DNA of 23,908 bases from Ignavibacteria bacterium. GTDB lineage: Bacteria > Elusimicrobiota > Endomicrobiia > PHAN01. The notes beneath the pieces are model-generated. The model had not been told where the DNA came from. It saw only the letters and a program-made list of their open reading frames with translations, and searched no databases. Both the position numbers and the translations under genes were made by a program. The stretch is from the NCBI GenBank assembly GCA_041694835.1, contig JBGFRZ010000019.1, positions 1 to 23,908 on the forward strand, given 5' to 3'. This document shows positions 19,049-23,908 of the stretch, piece by piece; within the stretch, counting starts at the first letter, position 1, and the number at the start of each line of letters is the position of its first letter.

Positions 19049-19136
19049 AAAGTATTTAATCCCGCTCCATCGGAACAAGTTTCGTGATTTCAAGAATTTA
19101 ACCGCGGATGAATCGGATTTAACTTATCAACATCCA

Positions 19137-19646
19137 TTACTTTTCTTGAAGCGCTTTCAGTATGACCTCGCCGAATTCTTGCGCCGCTTCAGGCCCTGCC
19201 GCAGTTATGATATTTCCGTCTATCTCAACCTTTTTGTCCGAGAGAGTGGCACTTTTGAGTTCTTTTTTTTCAGAAGGAAAAACCGTCGCTTTTTTACCTT
19301 TAAGCACACCCGCCCTTTCTATGGTCACGGGAGCTATGCAGATGGCTCCCAAAGGTTTTTTATTTTCGTGCATATATCTCGCTATTTCGTGAGCTTTTTC
19401 GTTGTCCCAGTAAATGCTTGAACCGCTTCCGCCTATAAAGAAAACCCCGTCGAAATCCTTCGGATTTACTTCATTTAACAGAATTTCTGCTGTCGTCTTG
19501 CCTCCAAGCGTTCCGGAAAGTTCACCAATTTTAAGAGACGCCGTTATCACTTTTATGTCGGCATTCTCGAGAATTTTTTTCGGTTTGAAGTACTCTTCGT
19601 CTCTGAAATTTATCGGTGCAACCACAAACAAAACTTTTTTGCTCAC
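19137..19646 (-). CDS. DJ-1/PfpI family protein
   Basis: KKVLFVVA..NFRDEEY, FIGGSG, nucleophile elbow GAICIAP, ATVF, DGNIITAAGP. GTG start at 19646 with GGAGG RBS, overlapping the cyclophilin stop (GTGA). Confidence 0.9.
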   Translation of the reverse strand: MSKKVLFVVAPINFRDEEYFKPKKILENADIKVITASLKIGELSGTLGGKTTAEILLNEVNPKDFDGVFFIGGSGSSIYWDNEKAHEIARYMHENKKPLGAICIAPVTIERAGVLKGKKATVFPSEKKELKSATLSDKKVEIDGNIITAAGPEAAQEFGEVILKALQEK

Positions 19647-20263
19647 GCTCTCCTCCGTGGAGTCTTTCTCCTTGGACTTCTCAACTCCCCCCTTTGAATC
19701 GTCACTCTGTTTATAAGAATATCGTTTAGCGGCATATCTCTCGGCCCTCTTTGAACCCTTGCGATTTTGTTTACAATATCCTGTCCTTCTATCACCTGTC
19801 CGAAAATTGTGTGCCGCCCGTCGAGCCATGGCGTCGGAACTTCGGTTATGAAAAACTGGCTGCCGTTGGTGTCAGGTCCGGAGTTGGCCATCGCAAGTCT
19901 TCCGGGTTTGTCGAATTTCAAATCTGAAATCTCATCCTTAAACTTGTATCCCGGTCCGCCCATGCCATTTCCGAGGGGACATCCTCCCTGAATCATGAAC
20001 TCCGGTATGACCCTGTGGAATTTCAATCCGTCGTAAAACTTCCTTTTTAACGGCGTCCCCGTTTTTGTGTTGATAAATTCTTTTTTACCTTCCGCAAGGG
20101 CGATAAAGTTTTCGACCGTAATGGGGGCTTTCTCGTGGAATAATTCAAACACCATTTTGCCCATAGACGTTTCAAAAATAGCATACATTTTTTGGGAAGG
20201 TTTTTCCGCTTGGGCAAAAATAAAAGATGAAGAAGCGAAAAAAACTGCAAGGAATTTAAACAT
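19643..20263 (-). CDS. cyclophilin-type peptidyl-prolyl cis-trans isomerase with signal peptide
   Basis: FHRVIPEFMIQGG, AMANSGPDTNGSQFFIT and WLDGRHTIFGQV motifs. ATG 20263 preceded by AGGAGAGG. N-terminal MFKFLAVFFASSSFIFAQ. Confidence 0.95.
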   Translation of the reverse strand: MFKFLAVFFASSSFIFAQAEKPSQKMYAIFETSMGKMVFELFHEKAPITVENFIALAEGKKEFINTKTGTPLKRKFYDGLKFHRVIPEFMIQGGCPLGNGMGGPGYKFKDEISDLKFDKPGRLAMANSGPDTNGSQFFITEVPTPWLDGRHTIFGQVIEGQDIVNKIARVQRGPRDMPLNDILINRVTIQRGELRSPRRKTPRRRA

Positions 20264-20339
20264 GGGCTTTACCTCTCCTGTAATTTTACCCCGCACTTCG
20301 TCCGTGTTGCAGGGTTGTACTGAATTATATACTGAATTA

Positions 20340-20517
20340 TGAGATTATTGAAAAACCCATCTTTTTCACTTAAAGAGCAGTTTCTTAACGGTTAAAAGTT
20401 TCAATCAGACCGCAAAACTCCTCGCTTTGCTCGTCGGACATTGCGGTCTAAACGATTTCAACTTTTAACCTAAAACTGCCAAATCGTTCAAAAGATTAAG
20501 GTTTTTCAACGAGCTCA
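20340..20517. mobile_element. 178-bp MITE-like palindromic element with TTA target-site duplication
   Basis: TTA|TGAGATTATTGAAAAACC...GGTTTTTCAACGAGCTCA|TTA with nested inverted arms. Second copy at 23815. Confidence 0.8.
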
Positions 20518-20586
20518 TTATATAAAAAAATTAAAGATTTTCCAATATAGAATCGTAAAGTTTTTTGAAGCGTCGAAACGGACGGA

Positions 20587-20615
20587 TTGACATATCCTTT
20601 TATATAATGTAAAAT
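20587..20615 (+). promoter_or_regulatory. sigma70-type promoter for the nuclease-GGDEF operon (leaderless geometry)
   Basis: TTGACA-N17-TAAAAT ending 6 nt before ATG 20622, with no Shine-Dalgarno. Confidence 0.65.
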
Positions 20616-20621
20616 TACGAT

Positions 20622-22442
20622 ATGACAGAGAAGAGATACGTCAGCTACAGTATGCTTTCCATTTATGACGAATGCCCTCAGAAGTATAAATTCCACTACA
20701 AGGAAGGTCTTGCCAAACTTTACAGGCAGGAAAAGCCCCATCTTTCTTTCGGTGAAAGCCTCCATAAGGCTCTCGAGGATTTTTTTAAGATAAAAAATAT
20801 AAAAGACAGGACAAAAGACAAATTGACGGATATCTTAAAAATGGTATGGGTCGGAAAGGGGTATTTGTCGCAAGAGGAGGAACAGCAGCATTTCCATGCC
20901 GCCCAGCATCTTCTTGAAATATTTTATGACACACAGGACATAACGGTTACACCTTTCAGGCTTGAAGAGTTTTTTAGGGTTCCTGTAGGCGATTTTTTTC
21001 TGACGGGGCGCATCGACAGAATAGACATTATACCCGCAACCACCGACAAGGTCGAGATCATAGACTACAAGACTGGTAAATTCATGCCTAAGCAGGAAGA
21101 TATAGACAATGATCTTCAGATGTCCGTTTACGCCCTCGCCGCGACCAAAAAATTTCCCAGGTTGTATCCTGAAAAAATATCGGTTTATTTTTTCCAACAC
21201 GGTCAGAAGCTAACCACGAAAAGAACGCCCCGCGAACTACGAGCTATCGAGGAAGATCTGATAAACAAAGTGGCGGTGATTTCATCTGATTCCGAATTTT
21301 CCGCAAAAGAGTCTCAGTTCTGCAAATTCTGCGATTATCTTCTGATATGCCCGCTCATGGGTCTTGCCGCTTCTCCAAGCGGAGTTAAAACGAAAGTCGA
21401 AGAGCATCTTGACAAAAAGCAACAGCTCGAGGAAGAACTTAAAAAAACCGCGGAATACTATAAGGCGATAACGCAGGATCTTTACGCTATACATAACTAT
21501 TCACTGAACATATCGTCGACTCTTGACATAAAAGTTCTTGCCCAAAAAGTCTCCGATGCGTTCAGAGAAATATCGGCAGCCTCGCGCTCAGCCCTTTTTT
21601 TATGGGACGAAGGCGAGGGAAAATTTATTCCCCTTGAATGTCACAAAATGGAGATAGCCGATAACTTTTATGTTGAGGAACAGAAGGTTTTTGATTCGGT
21701 TAAAAAGTGCAATTTGGGCATCTGTGCTTGCGATAGCTATTCCCCCGACAACCCTTTCTCTTATATAATAGATGAGTCGTTGAAAATAAAAAATTACATA
21801 GTGGCGTCACTTATGGCGAAGGATAAAATTTTCGGGCTTATGATTCTTGCTGATATATCAGGCCCTCTCCCGCCCACCAACAAACATCTTCATATATTGA
21901 TTATGAGCTTATCCGACCAGTCCGCCATATCAATATACAACGCCTTGCTTTACAGGTACGCCATCTACGACGGGCTTACGAAGCTTTTCAGGGGGAGCCA
22001 CTTCCAGGAGAGATTGAAACAGGAAATGACGAGGGTGGCGAGAACGGGCGAGAAACTCACCCTCATAATGGCTGATATAGATAATTTTAAAAAAATAAAC
22101 GACACTTTCGGACATGTCGAGGGAGACAGAATCCTCAGAGAAGTAGGCAGGGAGATAAAATCAAAGATAAGGGCATCCGATATCGCAGGGAGATATGGCG
22201 GTGAGGAGTTCACAGTGCTTCTTACGGCGACCGACAGGGCGGGGGGCGTTTGTGTCGCTGAAGCCATAAGAAAGAATATCGAGACCAACATCCGCACTTC
22301 AGACAACGGTCAAGTGACTGCGAGCTTCGGCGTTGCCGAGTACAACAAGGAAATAAGGAATCCATCGGATTTTATAAAAATGGCCGACGACAGACTCTAC
22401 GAAGCAAAGCGCTCCGGGAAAAACAGGGTGGTAGGTTTGTAA
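20622..22442 (+). CDS. PD-(D/E)XK (AddB/RecB/Cas4-like, 4-Cys) nuclease - coiled coil - GAF - GGDEF diguanylate cyclase fusion
   Basis: SYS..ECP (C18), G..H48, E115, GRIDRID (D132), DYKTG (D148/K150), Q166xxxY170, C234-x2-C237-x5-C243. GAF ending 'AISIYNALLY'. DGLTKL, DIDNFKKINDTFGH..GD, RxxD (517-520), GGEEF (526-530), AD..LY.AK.SGKNRV. Confidence 0.9.
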   Translation: MTEKRYVSYSMLSIYDECPQKYKFHYKEGLAKLYRQEKPHLSFGESLHKALEDFFKIKNIKDRTKDKLTDILKMVWVGKGYLSQEEEQQHFHAAQHLLEIFYDTQDITVTPFRLEEFFRVPVGDFFLTGRIDRIDIIPATTDKVEIIDYKTGKFMPKQEDIDNDLQMSVYALAATKKFPRLYPEKISVYFFQHGQKLTTKRTPRELRAIEEDLINKVAVISSDSEFSAKESQFCKFCDYLLICPLMGLAASPSGVKTKVEEHLDKKQQLEEELKKTAEYYKAITQDLYAIHNYSLNISSTLDIKVLAQKVSDAFREISAASRSALFLWDEGEGKFIPLECHKMEIADNFYVEEQKVFDSVKKCNLGICACDSYSPDNPFSYIIDESLKIKNYIVASLMAKDKIFGLMILADISGPLPPTNKHLHILIMSLSDQSAISIYNALLYRYAIYDGLTKLFRGSHFQERLKQEMTRVARTGEKLTLIMADIDNFKKINDTFGHVEGDRILREVGREIKSKIRASDIAGRYGGEEFTVLLTATDRAGGVCVAEAIRKNIETNIRTSDNGQVTASFGVAEYNKEIRNPSDFIKMADDRLYEAKRSGKNRVVGL

Positions 22443-23146
22443 TGAGATTTTTGAAGTTTGTAGCGGCGGTTTTGTTTATTCCCTTTGTTTTTGCTGCGAC
22501 GTTTACATACGGCAAATTTTTCATTGACTTTGCTGTGAGGTCATTTAACGAGTACTGGAGTTTTTGGATAGGGCTTTTCTGTTATCCGATTTTTCAGACT
22601 TTTGTTTATAAACCGACAAGATTTTATATAATAGAACATGAAGTTACCCACTCGGTCTTTGCCATCTTTTCAGGCGCAAAGTTGAAGAAGTTCTCGGTAA
22701 AAAAAGACAACGGAAGTGTTGTGGTTGACAAGACCAACACGCTCATAACACTCGCACCTTATTTTTTCCCATTTTTCGCGATTAGTTTTTTTCTGTTATG
22801 GAAATCTTTGCTTTATTTTTATCCTCTCTTTATAAAATACTCGCTGATTTTTTACGGGATAAGCGGCGCTTTGTTGAGTTTTCATTTTTTTATGACGGTT
22901 TCCGCCGTATTTCACGGGCAGCCCGATATTAAAAGCGAGGGTGTTATTTTTTCTCTGGTTTTCATTTTCATAGTTTATATATTTCTTTCGGTTTTTTTCA
23001 TCAAGCTACTTTTTGGAGAGAGTCCCGCTAGTATCGAGCTGAAAGTTTTTTTCGGAGACTTAAAGGATAACACCGTCGTCGTTTACAGCCGAATATACAA
23101 CTTTGTCAAGAACGAAATATGCCCCATCATCTTACACAAGAAATAA
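22442..23146 (+). CDS. M50-like (M50B-type) membrane zinc metallopeptidase
   Basis: Multi-TM protein with HEVTH (HExxH), 'LAPYFFP' and a distal Asp (GQPD). ATG overlaps the upstream stop (TAATG). Confidence 0.65.
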   Translation: MRFLKFVAAVLFIPFVFAATFTYGKFFIDFAVRSFNEYWSFWIGLFCYPIFQTFVYKPTRFYIIEHEVTHSVFAIFSGAKLKKFSVKKDNGSVVVDKTNTLITLAPYFFPFFAISFFLLWKSLLYFYPLFIKYSLIFYGISGALLSFHFFMTVSAVFHGQPDIKSEGVIFSLVFIFIVYIFLSVFFIKLLFGESPASIELKVFFGDLKDNTVVVYSRIYNFVKNEICPIILHKK

Positions 23147-23718
23147 AAAGGAAACTCTTCCATCTTCTGACACTAATCTATGTGGTGGGATACTGGTTTT
23201 TGCCGCGCAAGATATTGATAACGGGCTTGGGTATCACGATATTTACGGCTCTTGTCATAGAGATAGTAAGGCTCAGACATGAGAGATTCAATAAATTCAT
23301 ACAGTGGCTCGGGATTCTGAGAAAAAAAGAGGAATACCACTTCAGCGGATTGATATGGACGCTCACAGGCGGTTTTTTCACGATATATTTCTTTGAAAAT
23401 ACGGCGAACCCCGTAACAAAAAACATAGTCATCGTAAGTTTGCTCTACGCTGCACTCGGCGACACCGCCGCGGCGATTTTCGGAAGGCTTTACGGGAAAA
23501 TAAAAATCGGAGAAAAAACGCTCGAAGGCAGCCTTGCGTGTCTTTTTGTGAATTTAGTTGTAGGATATTTTTTTCTCCCGTGGCCTATTTTTCTGATAGG
23601 AGCGCTGGCATCAACATTCTTTGAGATTATTCACTGGCCATTGAATGATAACTTATGGCTCCCCGTGCTTTCGGCCAGCGCCATAACGCATTTGATGATG
23701 AGATACACCTTCCTTTAA
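23119..23718 (+). CDS. CTP-dependent polyprenol/phytol/dolichol/diacylglycerol kinase family (SEC59/DGK1/VTE5-like)
   Basis: RKLFHL, GDTAAAIFGRLYGK, KTLEGSLAC and NDNL motifs. Multi-TM. Confidence 0.85.
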   Translation: MPHHLTQEIKRKLFHLLTLIYVVGYWFLPRKILITGLGITIFTALVIEIVRLRHERFNKFIQWLGILRKKEEYHFSGLIWTLTGGFFTIYFFENTANPVTKNIVIVSLLYAALGDTAAAIFGRLYGKIKIGEKTLEGSLACLFVNLVVGYFFLPWPIFLIGALASTFFEIIHWPLNDNLWLPVLSASAITHLMMRYTFL

Positions 23719-23814
23719 GATGTCAGACTATCATAAAAGTATAAAAAACAGGCTCTTCTCCAAATGTTGTTGTAACATTGGGTAAGGATTTTGCAATACC
23801 GCTATGATGTATAA

Positions 23815-23908
23815 TGAGATTGTTGAAAAACCCATCTTTTTCACTTAAAGGGCAGTTTCTTAACGGTTAAAAGTTTCAATCAGACCGCAAAACTCCTCGC
23901 TTTGCTCG
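23815..23908. mobile_element. second copy of the MITE, truncated by the window end
   Basis: 92/94 identical to 20340-20433, same orientation, preceded by TAA. Confidence 0.85.

Noticed and set aside
18953-19136. T-box or glycine riboswitch upstream of glyS
   Set aside because: No T-box consensus (GGTGGNACC) or recognisable aptamer/terminator on the coding strand.
18840-19421. 193-aa plus-strand ORF and the many other short ORFs antisense to or nested in housekeeping genes
   Set aside because: They are shadow frames of well-supported genes, with no recognisable motifs or translation signals.
19647-19829. 61-aa N-terminal extension of DJ-1 from ATG 19829
   Set aside because: It overlaps the conserved cyclophilin core in another frame. 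GTG 19646 has an RBS and matches the normal family start.
20496-20765. 89-aa minus-strand ORF as a MITE-associated transposase fragment
   Set aside because: It overlaps the nuclease gene start and promoter, and has no DDE/HUH motifs.
20622-21353. Cas4 as part of a CRISPR-Cas locus
   Set aside because: No cas1/cas2 or repeat-spacer array is present in the window. The GRIDRID/DYKTG motifs fit the AddB/RecB-like PDDEXK_1 group equally well or better.
22090-22130. Hypr-type (cGAMP-making) or degenerate GGDEF
   Set aside because: The specificity Asp in GHVEGD and the GGEEF motif are canonical, indicating an ordinary c-di-GMP synthase active site.
23720-23785. 21-codon ORF (MSDYHKSIKNRLFSKCCCNIG) and weak hairpin after the kinase gene
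   Set aside because: Too short, with no RBS. The hairpin is AT-rich and bulged without a clear U tract.
20340-23908. CRISPR array or prophage att sites from the repeated sequence
   Set aside because: There are only two long copies 3.5 kb apart with internal palindromy, no spacers, no integrase and no tRNA.

Overview
Low-to-moderate GC bacterial chromosomal segment (gene content and a GatB 'HALGSRELDYSLVD' insert are reminiscent of Elusimicrobiota-like lineages; this is inference only). Mostly housekeeping genes (eno, ftsB-like, gatB, trmD-rplS-rnhB-yraN-comM/yifB-clpB, glyS, DJ-1/PfpI, cyclophilin). Interspersed is an envelope-glycosylation set: two DUF2723/TMEM260-like TPR proteins and a GT39/ArnT-like transferase, followed by a CxxC protein and a CcdA/DsbD_2-like membrane protein. 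The standout is a single 606-aa ORF (20622-22442) fusing an intact AddB/Cas4-type four-cysteine PD-(D/E)XK nuclease to a coiled coil, a GAF domain and an intact GGEEF diguanylate cyclase. It is translationally coupled to an HExxH membrane peptidase and a polyprenol-kinase-like gene. This three-gene unit is bracketed by two direct copies of a ~178-bp palindromic MITE with a TTA target duplication, and a third related terminal repeat lies at the left window edge. A 33-bp repeat with a perfect GAAC-N4-GTTC (LexA-type) palindrome sits downstream of both DUF2723 paralogs. No tRNA, rRNA or CRISPR array was seen.
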